This document shows positions 13,068 through 25,406 of a DNA stretch of 64,000 nt, piece after piece (positions within the stretch are counted from its first letter, which is position 1; every line of letters begins with the position of its first letter). The stretch is from Amphiscolops sp. MND2022. Taxonomy: Eukaryota. The stretch is taken from positions 56,172,001 through 56,236,000 of the forward strand of contig OZ076416.1 in the NCBI GenBank assembly GCA_964187785.1, given 5' to 3'. The position numbers were made by a program, and so were the translations under genes. The notes under the pieces were generated by a model, which was not told the DNA's origin, ran no database searches, and was given only the letters and a program-made list of their open reading frames with translations.

Positions 13068-14729
13068 ATGGCCGATACTGCTAATTTTCGTGTCATTGAA
13101 GGCAATGGTCGTGGTACTAAAGTGTATGTCTCCGACAATTTTATCTACAGCCCAAACAGAACTGTTGTCATAACAAGATACTTGAGATGCGTTGAGAAGC
13201 GCGATGGATGCAAAGGAACTGCTACAATTATTGACGGAATTCTTGTACATGGGCGACCACATTCACACTCGGGCGATCAGAGCAGGGTTGAAAAGCGTGA
13301 AGCTGCAAGCGAACTCAAGCATCAAGCTGAAACGTCGCGTCAACCATTTCGTGTTATTTATGACAACGTTGAGAGTACTCATCCAGCAATTAAAGACGTT
13401 CCTTATCCAGAAATCGAACCAGTTATGGCTAAAAGGCGCCACTCAAATTCTGAACCTGTCCCAACTACAAAGCAGGAATCCGTTCAAAAATTGTCCAATA
13501 AATTACGCTTTTATGAATGTGTGAGTGGAGGCGAAGGCTTTGCATTATCATTTTCTGACACAAAATCAGTTGATCTTATATCTGGAAAGAAGAATATGCA
13601 CGTTGATGCCACGTTCAAAATTGCGCCCCGGCAGTTCTATCAATTGTTGGTTATTTATGGTGTGAAATCAGAAACTGTTTTGCCATCTATTTCTGTGCTT
13701 ATGACAACCAGGTCGCGGGCTCTCTTTGACGCTGTGTTCAACTTTGTCAAAACTCTTACTTCTGCTGAACCGCCGACGATATTCATTGATTTTGAGGTAG
13801 CGCTGAGACATTCTCTCCAAAACATTTCAAGGAGGCGCCTATTCAAGGATGTTTTTTCCACTTTACACAGGCTATCTGGCGAAAAGCAGTTAAACTGGGA
13901 CTGCAACCGATAAAGAGTGAAAACCGCGATGTGAGTTTCTGGGTTCGCGATATGATGTGTCTTGCGTTGGTCCCAAGTGATCGTATTGTATCTGTATTCC
14001 AAACCCAACTACACCCATCAAAACTGTCGGACGATTACAGTACGAAGGATGCAATTGTTAATTTCTATGAGTATGTTGATCGGTATTGGTTACCTTTGGT
14101 TGACCCTCAGCGGTTTTGCGTTTTTAATGCAAAATCGCGAACAAACGCTGCTGTCGAAAGCTCTAATAATTCCTTGAAATTACGTTTCCAAATTGCGCAT
14201 CCGAATTTCTGGATTTTCTACGATCGGCTTTCCAGAAGTATTTCTACCAACGAAATCGAAATTGATCAAGTCCATGGTGGAGGTACTGTGCGTCGGGAGC
14301 CAAACAAAAGGTCTGATGTTATTGAACGACGAATAAGGGCCGCCGAAAAACTCTATGAACATGGCAAACTAGATGCTTCTCAGTTCTTGCGAAGGCCAAG
14401 CTATCAGGTCTCTCTTTTAAAGATTAAGTTTTGATGTCGAGGGGGACGATAGTGAACATTCCAGCAATGCTGATCTCCCACCAGTTCCAAGTCCAGCCGC
14501 CATAGCTGTTTCAAATATTCCTGTCCAGTCTCTTGTCGGCGAGTATCAATATGCTCAGCCTGCTGATCTCGATCCTGCCACTGATAATCACGACTCTGAT
14601 ACAGACCCAGGTGTCTGCAGCGAAAACGAAGATGTTGGTACAAATTTTAATAATAACAATAATAATGGTGATAATAATGTAAATGCAACGATGGATCGTC
14701 GATTAATTGCCCTTGCTATGATGCGCTAA
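13068..14729 (+). pseudogene. MULE transposase with two frameshifts (about 13830 and about 14410)
   Basis: FLYWCH-like N-terminus (YLRC...CKG...H.H). DDE core HVDATF / FIDFE / RTNAAVES. CxxH motif GCFFH recovered after the first frameshift. Acidic tail in a third frame. Confidence 0.85.
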
Positions 14730-15103
14730 AGAATGTGATTAAAATTCAGCTATTTCAACAAGACTCCGTTTTCAAGACGCCACTTTCTTTTTTTGTTATT
14801 TTTGCTCTCAAATTAGATCAAATTAGAAGAGATTTTTAGACCTGATTCTTTAGATCAATTTATTTAGATCTCAGTTTTGCCCCCTCACTTGGATCTATTT
14901 CTTTAGACCTGTTTCCACGTACCTGGACGTTTCGGCAAAAAAATATGCCGAAACGTTTCAGGCTAAAAACATTTGCCGAAACGTTTTGTATGATATGTGG
15001 GCATATCCGGTGTATGCACGCTCGCCCTCACCGTCGCAAATACCAGATCCCACTACGTACGATTGCTTCGCGACCTCCGTTCCGCTAGGTCTTTGCTCCT
15101 GTT

Positions 15104-15673
15104 CGGGTGGGCGGAAGTAGGTCGAAGGAACGGGATCGAAAATCAGAGTTAGTCCTCAGGTCGACATACCAAGTTTTTGAATGGGATCGAAACAACTGGG
15201 ATCAAAATTTTTATAACGTAGTCAGATATGTTCACATACCCCTAGTGCCCTGAATGCAGGAGCGAAGCGAAGCGGAGTGACGTGCCATATGGCCATGCCT
15301 CAATGTTGCTACTTGGGGAAGGGAGCGAAGCAAGGGTGGCTGTAAATAGGTCGAATTTTTTCGGTCGAAAGGACAGAGGTCGAACCTTTTGATCGAATTG
15401 CAGGGATCGAATGGAATGCGGTCGAATTTTATCGTATTTGTTGTATGGCTCGGTCGCTTCGCTCCCTTCGCCAAGTAGCAACATTGAGGCATAGCCATAT
15501 GGCACGTCGCTCCGCTTCTGCATTCAGGGCACTAGGGGTATGTGAACATATCTGACTACGTTATAAAAACTTCGATCCGAGTTGTTTCGATCCCATTAAA
15601 AAATTTGGTATGTCGACCTGAGGACTAACTCTGATTTTATTTACCGTTCCTTCGACCTACTTCCGCCCACCCG
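15104..15673. repeat. Large inverted repeat (fold-back), about 225-bp arms and about 125-bp spacer, inside the MULE
   Basis: 15104-about 15330 is the near-perfect reverse complement of about 15457-15673. The spacer carries repeated GGTCGAA/GATCGAA motifs. Confidence 0.9.
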
Positions 15674-16519
15674 CTTAGCAAGATGGGAATATAAGCGGGG
15701 CCGCGGGGCACTAGAGGAAATGGGGACATATTCGAGGCACGTTTTCTGCTTTGCAACATTCCTACTTTAATGGTCTTATCGTTTTTCTTCATTTCGAGAA
15801 TTCTACAAACTGATATTCTACAAACTGGACCTAACCAGTTTGTAGAAAACAAAACAAAACCAAGATATTACTAGACGTTTCGGCATGAGAAATTTGCCGA
15901 AACGTCTCGAGATTTTTTTTGCCGAAACGTCCTGTTCCCGCCGTCACAGTAGTCACACTGAATCCAGTCGTAGCCCACTTCATCACCTTTGCAACAAGAG
16001 CAACATTGTTCTTTGACCACACCCTGTCCTTTCTTCGAACTGGAGTTGTTTCGATTCGCCCTCTTTGAGCTAGACATTGTCTAAGAAACGTCAGGTGAGT
16101 AGTTGTCGCCTGACCCAGTCCAGTTACCAATGTTAATCAAAGCTTCAAACTAATTAATAAGTTTATCACAACAATGTTATACGAGAAATGGAGACGTTAT
16201 GTCCCAACTTTGGAAACGTAACGTCCGAACTTTGAAAACGTTACATCCGAATATTAGAATGTTTTATGAAGTTGAACAAAAAAGTCCACCGTTCAAAGAA
16301 CTGAAAAAAAAACTACCCGGTGAAAAATTACTGTAATAATCGGGCACTTAGGAAAAGCGCCGACTAAAAAAATGTTCTGATTTCGAACAAAGAACAATAT
16401 TCTTGTTTACCTGTCTTTGTAAGTTGTTGCCTAGTCCGCATTATCATTTACTTTTTAGAGCAATGAAATAAAGCCAAAAAATAAAACTAAATTGCCTGTG
16501 GACAGTGTGGAGATGCAGG

Positions 16520-19500
16520 ATGGGTAGCTCAGAGCATTTGATCTTCAGCGCAGCAGATTTCTCTCGTATGACATACTCCTCGAAGTGTGCATTCTTGGAA
16601 TCGCTGATATGTGCGTGTAGGCTTCCCGAACTCAGTTTCATATCAAGAAAATTGGATGAAGTACTAAGAATAGATTTTCTATTGGAAACGCCACATGAAG
16701 TTCGCGAGCTGATAATTAGTTATCTTGACCTGGACACACTTTCGAACTGCCGACTGGTATGTCGCAACTGGAACCAATTTTTACTTGAAAGTCCCATGGC
16801 ATATTTAGTTTTGTTGCGCGATATAGGTGCGAGTCCTGTTCTCTGCGGAAATGTGCGTGACCCTGCTCTGCTCAAGAAATTTGCTACAGAAATACACGAG
16901 GCGCATTTGAGCTTACACCAAAGTAGTGGTATCAGAATCAGAACCCTTGAAGGCCATTCAGATAGCATATCTGCGCTACATTACAAAGATGGAATGTTGG
17001 CATCTGCAAGTCACGACGGGACGGCTCGGGTAGCTAATTTGTTGAACCGAATTTCTTTCGAGCGATTATTCGAGTGTCCTCCAAGTGCATCTATAAAGCT
17101 CATTTCAGAAGGTCTTCTATCTGCTCAGTTCGATGGTTAGCTTACCAAATCTTATGAAGCTCATTTGAGAAAGAATTTAGTCCTAAAAACTCAGATTTTA
17201 TTGTAATTGTGAGAACCTTATTGAAAGAGAAAATTTATGCTAATATAAAATACAATGCAATCGAGTTTTATTTTTACAGGTAATCTTCGTTTTCAGCCTT
17301 TTGAGCGGGGAAATGAAACTGTCTTCTTTCAAGGACATTCAGGAGTTGTGCATTGTTTCGATTTGTGTCTGTCTGACAATCTACTTGTCAGTGGAGGCGA
17401 AGATTGGAAAGTTATTACATGGAAGTTCCTGGAGGGAGAACTTATCAAAGTTTTCTCCAGTCATTCGGCTCCTGTGTTAGAACTGAAGCTGGAGCTGATC
17501 GTTGACGCGGATCGTGCATATGCTAGAAAAGGTTCGCTAATTTCACCCATGTGCTAATTTCATTCTCAAACGTTCAACTTGTGAAATAATCCGGAATTTA
17601 AAACTTTGTCTGGTGTCTCAGCCTTTTCTGGACAAGGTCGCATTTTTTAAGAACGACGTCTCAAACCTTGTATGATAAAGTTTTTGTTTCGTATATGAAT
17701 ACTAAATGCTTCGATGTTTAGAGTGGCTTCAAGTCAATTTTTAATTTTTTTCAGTCTAATCTAAGAATACGCATTGACATAGCTTTAGAATCTTACACTT
17801 TGACAAGTTTCTAATTTTTTGGGCCGGTGGAAATTCGTAGAACAGATGTTGGAAAAATCACGCATCGTGGCACGTTGAGTTTTCAAAAAAAACACATTGT
17901 CAGTGCAGTATCGAGTATTAATCAATGCCTGTTTTCGAAGGATCTTCATGATATGTTCAGCCACTTTTCAATGGTTGAGTGGTCCTTGAGCTGTCGAAGT
18001 AGAAGCTTTAACCCGGAATTGGAGGAGGAATTTTCCGGATCCATCCAAAAATCTGGTGCTTAAACTTTAAACCGCAATATTTCCTAAACTATTCAAGTCC
18101 GACAAACGATTTTTAGCGCGTTCGAAAGAAGACAATCAGGACCTTCTAATTGATACGGAGCCAGGGCTTCGCCACACTAACTCCGGACTTTGCGGCAAAA
18201 CTTTGCACGTCTCGTGTTTCTGACTGCATTTCAGCATGTTTCAAAACACGCTAGGGTCGCTTTGACCCAATCTTGATTCCAGTGGGATAAAGTGGCCAGG
18301 AACAAAAACTGGAAAAAACGGAAAATCTGCGCTCAATTTTTTAAAATTTTTGGTCCCGTTTTCTCGATTTTGGAGACATCAAGTCAACAATCCGTGAAAA
18401 TGCGTGCAATGCCATGTAATTTTGTCTAAAAATCTTATTCAAGAGCTTTCATTACCATACGGTGGGCTGGTGCCTTTAGAAGTTAGCAGATCTGAAGTGG
18501 TGCAAAAACGTACTACAATGCTATTTAGGGTTAAGGATACAGATCACCAAAAGCCCTAAGGAATCGCATGTTTTTACGTATAATATTGTGGCCTTTTTAT
18601 CGTCAATTAGTGTTCTAGTGTTTTTTTGCCAGGAACGAATGATCTTTCAAGATACTGACATGCTCTTCAAAAAGTTGACGCTTTTTTGGATATTCATTAG
18701 CATTCAACCGGAAGATTTGCCGCAGCGCATACTTTTGCCCAAGCAGTCACCGGAAATACTTTAGAATCGGGCAGCTGTTCCGGTTTTGAACGATGATGTT
18801 GATAGTGAAACTTTGTCAAATTGCCGAATTCGCCGTTTCCGAGCATTGCAGCGCGTATTTCTGCAGAAACACCAGGTGATAACACTCTCTAGTTTCAAGA
18901 GTGTAATGCTGTGTGTATGGTTCCTCGACGTTAACTACTATTCAGCACTCTTCGTGAACTGAAACATCCAATAAAATAACAAACTAGTTGAAAAAGTTAA
19001 CAAAATACCAGTGACTGTAAAACGGTGTGATGTGTACTGGCGTATTTTATGATATCGCACGGACCTTCTGATTGGCTGAAATTAACGTTATTTCACAATT
19101 TTACACACCCACCATGAAATTCTGCCAACACCGCTTTTCATTTAATTATCAAGTTGAAACAAGCCGGAAGCGGCATAAGTCGGCTCCATATCTAAGGCTC
19201 AAAAATAGCAAAAGGACTTCAAAGTGTCAAGTTTTCTTTTACAGTACCCGAAAAACCCAAAAGTTGGATCGAACTGGCGCTCTAAAAAGGGGACCTTTTC
19301 GGATTTTCAACATTTCTGTCTCACAATGCCGAAAAAACTGAAAGGGTCCTTTGGGATTTTTCAACATCCATTGTCGCGAAACATCAAAAAAAATGAAAGG
19401 GTGAACCTTTTGGCCTCGCCCGGTGTTGTATGTTACGCTGAAAAAAGGAACAACCCTTTTGGTTAACTTCCTTGGGCCAAATGGTCCAATTTGACACCTT

Positions 19501-22500
19501 AAAGCATTGTAGAACTTTTAAGAACTATTTTGGTCAGTTCGCGTGGATTGAAAAAAGCCGCTAGTATAGTCGCGTTTCACTTCATGAAGCGCCGACTAAA
19601 AATAAATAACTTTTTTATCAGCGGATGTTGTGATGTTTTTTCTCGTTTCAGTTCGTTGTTGTGTTTAGGTGATATTGTGCTGTATTCGAAGGACAAAAAT
19701 ACTTGCCAAGTCAGTTTTTTCGACACGCCTTACAATAAGATGACAGTGGTGAAGGCTCTCAGGTCAATAGACGGCCACGTGTTCAAACACGGACTGATAG
19801 TCAATCAGAAATACTTGGTGCTCAACACACGACTGAAAGTTCACATCTGGTGCAAGTTCACTTTCCAGCTAGCCCACACAGTCTCCTGTGAACACTTCTC
19901 TATACCAGGTCAGTGAATTGCAACAAGCTGGGAGCCTTGAAAATTAATCATTGAAATTGGTTTTACAACTTGAATTCATCAGTAAATTGTTGTCAGTGGA
20001 AGAAATTTTAAGTGCAAATATAGGGTTTTTGAATGGTTCAACTTGGAAATTTCCTAACTTCGAACCTTGTTGAGTGTTCTCTAGTCGGCGCTTTCTAAGA
20101 AAATCCCGACTCTTACAGTGGCTAGTTTTTTTCGTCAGTTCAACGCGATCGGTCCACTTTTTTGTTCATTTGTTCAACATCATCAACTTTAACTACGGAC
20201 CTCCAAAACATACTCGAAGCGCCAGAACCTCGTCCAAAACAGAAACATCGACGTCCAGAACCTCGATAACATAGGACCCCCAACCACCCCCCTCCCGCTT
20301 TGGTGTTTTTCACTCGGATTTTTTTCGGCACTGCGACTTTTTTTGAAGCTTTTTGGATTCCACCAAAGGGTCTCCCCTACAATTTTTTAAAATTTTTTAC
20401 AACACAATGGATGTCAAAAATCCCAAAGGGTCCCCCTTTTTGCACATGACGAAGTCAATGTGCATTGCAGTCCAGCTAAGAAAGTTTTTTTTTCCACAAT
20501 AGCCAACTTCATAATAAGCGCCTTTTAGAGAAAAGCCAAAACCCCAGAGAGATTCGAACCTGAAGCCTCCCGATTGCACGGCATAAGTGTTAACCACTGT
20601 GCCATAAGGACGTTATTGAATAAAGTTGAACTGTTGAATATATACGCATGCGATTAAAATAATATATATACGCATATTAAAATGATCGTTGTCTTCGTCA
20701 TGTGTTGCGAAGCACCGCTTCGCCTCTGTGTTACAATTTTCGGCACTGTGACACTGTTCAAAAATCTCAATTTTAATTTTTTTTCGAATTTTAAATGTTT
20801 CCAAAGGGTCCCCCCTTCAATTTTTTGAAATTTTGCAAACAAATGGAGTTTCACAAAGCCCAAAGGGTCCCCCTTTTACAATTTTGAGCCTTAGATATAG
20901 CGCCGACTTTGGCCGTTCCCGGCTTGTTTATATAGAAACTTGGAAATGCCATTTGTTGAAAAAATGATAGATACTTCTAAAGCGTGGAGGTCGTCTTTCA
21001 AATTACTTTTACTGCTCCAAAAATTGTCAGTAATGACAATTAACTGCCTTAATTAATTGCCCCTTTTTGCAATAGCCACCATTGATGAATTTTATGCTTA
21101 CTAATTTCTTTGCCCGGATGTAGTTTTCGAGAATCCCTCATTTAAAATGCCTTTATGCAAGTATTTGAATCATTTTTGACGTCTAAAGAAGTTTAGGACT
21201 GTCTCTGGCTTTGAGTCCTTGCTTCAATGCGAGAAAAAGATTTTTTTTTCAAAATGTACTTTTCTGATACAGGGACAAAGCAAATCCTTAGATATGACGA
21301 ATACACTCATTCAGCTACTTTTTTCTTCCGCATTGTTTTTCATGTTTGTTCTTTCGTTTGATGTAGATTTGCTGGGATGGGGCATTGTGTTTGGACTGTT
21401 GGTGGATTATTTCGGGCTTCACGTAGTAGCAGTGGCCACAGGAGCAGTCGTGTACAAGATCCCTGTGTCCAATCTACGCAGACAAGACCGAACTTATACC
21501 AGGTTCCATTGTTTACATACACAAATCAGCGTTACTAACTTGCTTCGTTGTAATGGCGGAAAGACTTTCAAATATAGCTGAAATGAAGCTGTTTTGAAAA
21601 ATAGTTTTAAACCTTAAATAGCCTAGCGGTACTTTGAAGCAGCCTACATTTTTAAAACTTTGATCCGTTTTGCCAGTAGCCCGTATTATTTATTTAGCAC
21701 AGTTTTTATTCAACAAGTTGTTGGTACCATGTTTGGTTTGAACGGCACAAGTATGGAAAAACAGTTTGTCTCCAAAACTGATAAAAATGGATTTTTCTTC
21801 ACTATGGCTGTGACGTATGAAGCAATTCCACAGCGACCCAGAGTCGGCGAATCTTGAAGACTATCATTCTTTTATCATCAATTTGATGTTTTTATGAAGT
21901 CTTATGAATGAAAATGGATACCATTTATCAAAGAAGCCCATTGGGTCAGTTCGCCTTTTATTGAATTTCTGCGTTAGGTGCGATATTCTGAAAACACAAA
22001 CGGTATTTTGTTCAGACAATAATATTGTTACAAATCTTCAACCTATAGAAGGTCGTCACACGTCAAAGAAAGCGTTGTATTACGAAAACTTTGTACGCAG
22101 ATATAATTCGCAACTGTTTTATCCAAAAAACAGACCAACCGTTTTCCTTCCCTTGAGTCGAACTCACGTATGAAAGTTTCCTCTACTTTTGACAAAATAA
22201 GTAAGAGGTTGAAAAGAGGAAGATGTTTTAAAAATATTAGACTTTGAGAAACCTTTTTCTTCAATTTCTTTCTACTTCAAAAGAAAAAAGGGCCGTGTGT
22301 ATTTAAGCCCATTTTCACGTTAGGACAAATATGAAAGGAGCCCGTTGTTAAAAGGAGTGCGAGTCAGAAAAAAATGAGGAGTATAGGGGAGACCTAACTG
22401 GTTGTTTTCTGCACTTTACGACTTTTTCCACGAAGTTTTTTTCATATCAAAGTGCTCTTTTGATTTTTATTAGCGGAAACAAAGCGTTTTGCGAGCATAG

Positions 22501-23072
22501 AGGGCTACCGTAGGTAAGAATAGAAAAAGTTCTGAGAATAAATTTTGAAATTGGCACTGTGCGACTTTTTTTGGATGCTTTTATTTGGTCAAATGGTACC
22601 TTTTCAGTTTTATAAAAATTTTTCCAAAAAAATTGATCCCTATTTTTGCTTTTTGCAGTTGGGCAGAAAGGTTTTTTATGGCATGGTGCCCCTTTGGGTA
22701 TTTTCCAGCACTGGAAATTTGATAACATTCTCACACTAGTGTCTTTTGATATTCAGAAAATTTTTTGTAAAGCCTCGAGCGGGGCGCCGACTTGGGCGCT
22801 CTCGTGTTGGTAGGTCTAATGACATACAATTAAGTTCAGTCAGCCAGTTATAGGCTCTGTGAAGCATCATTGGACTGAACATTTATTTCTTTACCGCCAG
22901 GTTCATTGCCGGCGATGTTGCCTGGCTGGACGGGTTCACTGGAAACGACAGCAGTCAGCTACTCTACGCAAGTGCAATGTCCAACTCCTTCAATGTCGAA
23001 GTGACTTCCTGGATCCCCAAACAGCTCAACGAAGCCGCCATGAACGACGAGGAGGAGGAGAACTACCTGTGA
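16520..23072 (+). CDS. FBXW2: F-box/WD repeat-containing protein 2; exons 16520-17135, 17280-17531, 19669-19908, 21367-21502, 22901-23072
   Basis: F-box (DFLLETPHEVRELIISYLDLDTLSNCRLVCRNW) and WD40 repeats (GHSDSISALHYKDG, FQGHSGVV..LLVSGGED). FBXW2-like C-terminus FIAGDVAWLDG...LLYASAM. All introns GT-AG with compatible phases. AATAAA about 23142. Start codon inferred. Confidence 0.85.
19156..19600 (-). repeat. Abundant dispersed repeat (Helentron/HINE-like), copy in FBXW2 intron 2
   Basis: GCGCCGAC-type subterminal inverted motifs, terminal hairpin at 19163-19174 and AAGGGGACC/AAGGGTCC blocks shared with five other copies. Confidence 0.6.
20080..20928 (+). repeat. Same dispersed repeat family, copy in FBXW2 intron 3, containing a tRNA-like segment
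   Basis: Starts near CTAGTCGGCGCTTT and ends GATATAGCGCCGACTTTGGCCGTTCCCGGCTTGTT. Confidence 0.65.
20540..20612 (-). other. tRNA-derived (SINE-head-like) Pol III promoter segment
   Basis: A box TGGCACAGTGG (20604-20594) and B box GGTTCGAATC (20560-20551) at tRNA-like spacing. No convincing full cloverleaf. Confidence 0.55.
22440..22810 (+). repeat. Degenerate copy of the same dispersed repeat family in FBXW2 intron 4
   Basis: Ends GGCGCCGACTTGGGCGCTCTCGTGTT. Internal blocks resemble the other copies. Confidence 0.5.
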
Positions 23073-23844
23073 ATGTGATGACGTCATAATTGTCAACCAT
23101 GGTGCATGTATGAGTCATGGATTCACTGGAATGAGTCATTGAATAAAAACTCAGAACTCAGGAATATATAAAATGGCTACTAAGTTCATTGAAGGGTGCA
23201 TGGGAACCCTTTGAATACCTTCAAAATATGGTGACTAGTTTTAGCAGTAAATAATGTACAAAGTTGTGGTTGTAAAATTAATGCCTTGTCACAAAGAGTG
23301 CCAGCGAATATTTTCAAACTTGTCAATGGGCGAAAGTCCAAGTTTGGTTTATAAATGATTTAGCAGAAAATATTGATTTTCGTATGGTAACAGAACAGTT
23401 TCGTCAAGCATATGTTCAATAGATATGGCAGTCTTTGGATTCCACCAGTTTTAATTGCAATTCAATTAATTTAAATCCAGCTCAGCTAATCTTTTTATTG
23501 TAGTAATCTATTTGTCTTGGGTTCCATTTGTACTATATAGTAGTTGACAAAGTTAGTAATTTGGTTATGAATAGTTCAATTCTCAGAATAACTCTCCTGC
23601 CTTTTCAAGTGTCCTTTTCGAGTTTCCAAAGTTGCTCGGTTAATCTGAAAGTTTTCAGAACGATTTATCAGAACTCAGATATTACGAAAGATTCGAGGAA
23701 ATTACTTGTACTCAGACGATCTATTTACCTCCGGCGGAGTGGCCAAAACTGGCAAAATTCGGTACCACTGTTCGGACTGTTCCTCCTTTCAAATCCAAAA
23801 AAAACAAACGGGACCGATTTGAAAGTTTTCTAAAAAATTGTATC

Positions 23845-23915
23845 TGCCTCGGACGGGATAGAACTCACGCCTTCCGCCTAGAAACCGCATGCAGTAACCA
23901 CTAGCCCATAGACTT
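23845..23915 (-). other. tRNA-derived SINE-head-like segment
   Basis: A box TGGGCTAGTGG (23908-23898) and degenerate B box GAGTTCTATCC. Similar to 20540-20612. Confidence 0.5.
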
Positions 23916-24656
23916 TTTGTAGAACTGTTTTGTTCACTTCGAGCGAATTTGAAACAGAAACAGACCAAATTAGGACCTCATACGTCTCGGCAATATTTCA
24001 ATAAGCTCCGACGAAAGAATGTTTTTACAATCCTTCACTGTTCCCATTCTCTCGATCAGTGAGAGATGTTTTTCGAAAATTTCAATTTTCTGATAAAATA
24101 ATCTGCAGGAAAGTTTTCTATGCTTCATTTTCGGACAATTTCCGTTTTTTTGGAAAAACTTTGTATGAATACAATGCAGTTTCCACAACTTCAATCATAA
24201 TTTTTCCTATTTATCACCGACTTGATCGCTTTTTCATGTAACTCGTAGTTTTCACCGTTACTCGGTCAAAAGTGATCCTGATTTGCAACATATGATGTGA
24301 CGGAGGTTGCTTTGCTTTGCGTGGCGGTAACTTTGATGTTCTCAGCTGCAAGTAAAAATATGAATGATGAGGCTTACCTCACGGTTTCTAATTGCCTTAA
24401 ATTCCGGATGCATTTTTCACTGGTGATAAAATGTATAACATCAGGGAAATTTTGATATTGAATGTTTACGTCAGTTTTGTAAAACATGTAGAATGTGCTT
24501 GGCAACCTACTAGAGCGAGGAGTTTTTTCCGAAGTATTGTTAGCTGAAGCAGTTGTTTTTAAACATCAGAATCCCGGAAATTTGCTACGGCTCAAAAAAT
24601 TGGGGGAGGGTTTTCGGAAGCCTTTTTCAGCCAGCAATCTTTTGGCTTGTTGTGAT

Positions 24657-25033
24657 TAGAGATGCACCGGATTCCTGTGTCGGGTTCCGGAATCCGGTAA
24701 ATTCAGGAAACGGTTCTAGATTTCTCACCGGATTCGAGACTTGTTTTGAAAACAGATTAATAGAAAGAAAAGACATTTCCAAAAGAAAAAATGCACAATC
24801 AGTCAAAAAGATCGAGATTATCGTGCAATAACGAGTTTTTCAGAAAGTTCATCACAAGTCTAACTCTCGATTTCTAAAACATAGAAAAACATGCAATGTT
24901 TGTGGAAAAAAAACGCAACATGTATTTTCGAGGAAAAAAATCCGGTTTCGGAATCCGATATCCGGCAGACGAAAATCCGGAATAAATCCGGTTCCGGTAT
25001 TTACCTGTAAATTTCGATCCGGTTGCACCTCTA
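24657..25033. mobile_element. hAT-type MITE (377 bp)
   Basis: TIR TAGAGATGCACCGGAT...ATCCGGTTGCACCTCTA. Perfect 8-bp TSD GTTGTGAT (24649-24656 and 25034-25041). Many internal CCGGA repeats. Confidence 0.9.
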
Positions 25034-25406
25034 GTTGTGATTTCCTTTGAAAAACTCAAAAATTATCATCGAATTTATTTTCTATTCTAGGAAAAACAGA
25101 ATACAAATTACATGCAGCAAAAAAATTTCCTTTTTTCTTGTTATTTTTTGTAAAATCAGAATGCTGTGTAACACTTATTTTCTAAAAGCCGCAATTTTTT
25201 GTTCTATTCTCTAAACACCACTGCTTTTAATAGAATACTTTTGCAACCAAAACCAGCACGTGCTAATGGAACTCTCGAACAATTCACTGGTTATAAAAAT
25301 AATAATTTACTTATTTCCTGTCAGTTAATGTCTCTCAAGTTACCAAGTTACTAAGTTTTTTGGCTACACGTTTGATATATCTTCAGAGAACTACGGTTTG
25401 GTTTGA

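Larger units (their letters stand above)
12812..15939 (+). mobile_element. MULE (Mutator-like) DNA transposon
   Basis: Perfect 8-bp TSD GCCGTCAC (12804-12811 and 15940-15947). Termini GGATTCCGGACGTTTCGG versus CCGAAACGTCCTGTTCCC. Tandem GACGTTTCGGCAAAA subterminal repeats. Transposase inside. Confidence 0.9.
11863..16077 (-). pseudogene. LINE ORF1 with N-terminal PHD finger and C-terminal RRM-like region, split by insertions
   Basis: 16077-15940 gives MSSSK...CCSCC..WIQCDYCDG. 12811-12767 gives WYHEN-x-SGLPEVT. 12541 onward gives ISQLSQAKYLLFRCSLCLEK. 12222-11863 has HIYIGRVS..ETVRDY. Confidence 0.8.
9095..16140 (-). mobile_element. Full-length but degraded CR1/L2-type LINE (PHD-finger ORF1, APE-RT ORF2), interrupted by two insertions
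   Basis: ORF1 start at 16077, ORF2 about 11860-9154. 3' stem-loop ACGCTTT-N9-AAAGCGT at 9130-9152 directly after the ORF2 stop, then a short CAACTT-like tail. 5' boundary is approximate. Confidence 0.85.

Noticed and set aside
18633-18770. Candidate extra FBXW2 exon after TTTTTTTGCCAG
   Set aside because: The frame required by phase stops within a few codons, and exon 2 joins exon 3 cleanly without it.
20540-20612. Functional tRNA genes at 20540-20612, 23845-23915 and 35100-35165
   Set aside because: A/B boxes are present but acceptor and anticodon stems do not pair convincingly, and two sit inside dispersed repeats. Treated as SINE-like heads pending tRNAscan-SE.
21503-21581. FBXW2 ending at the stop at 21581, as ORF 21219-21581 suggests
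   Set aside because: A phase-2 donor at 21503 joins to 22901 and restores the FBXW2-like C-terminal motif FIAGDVAWLDG.
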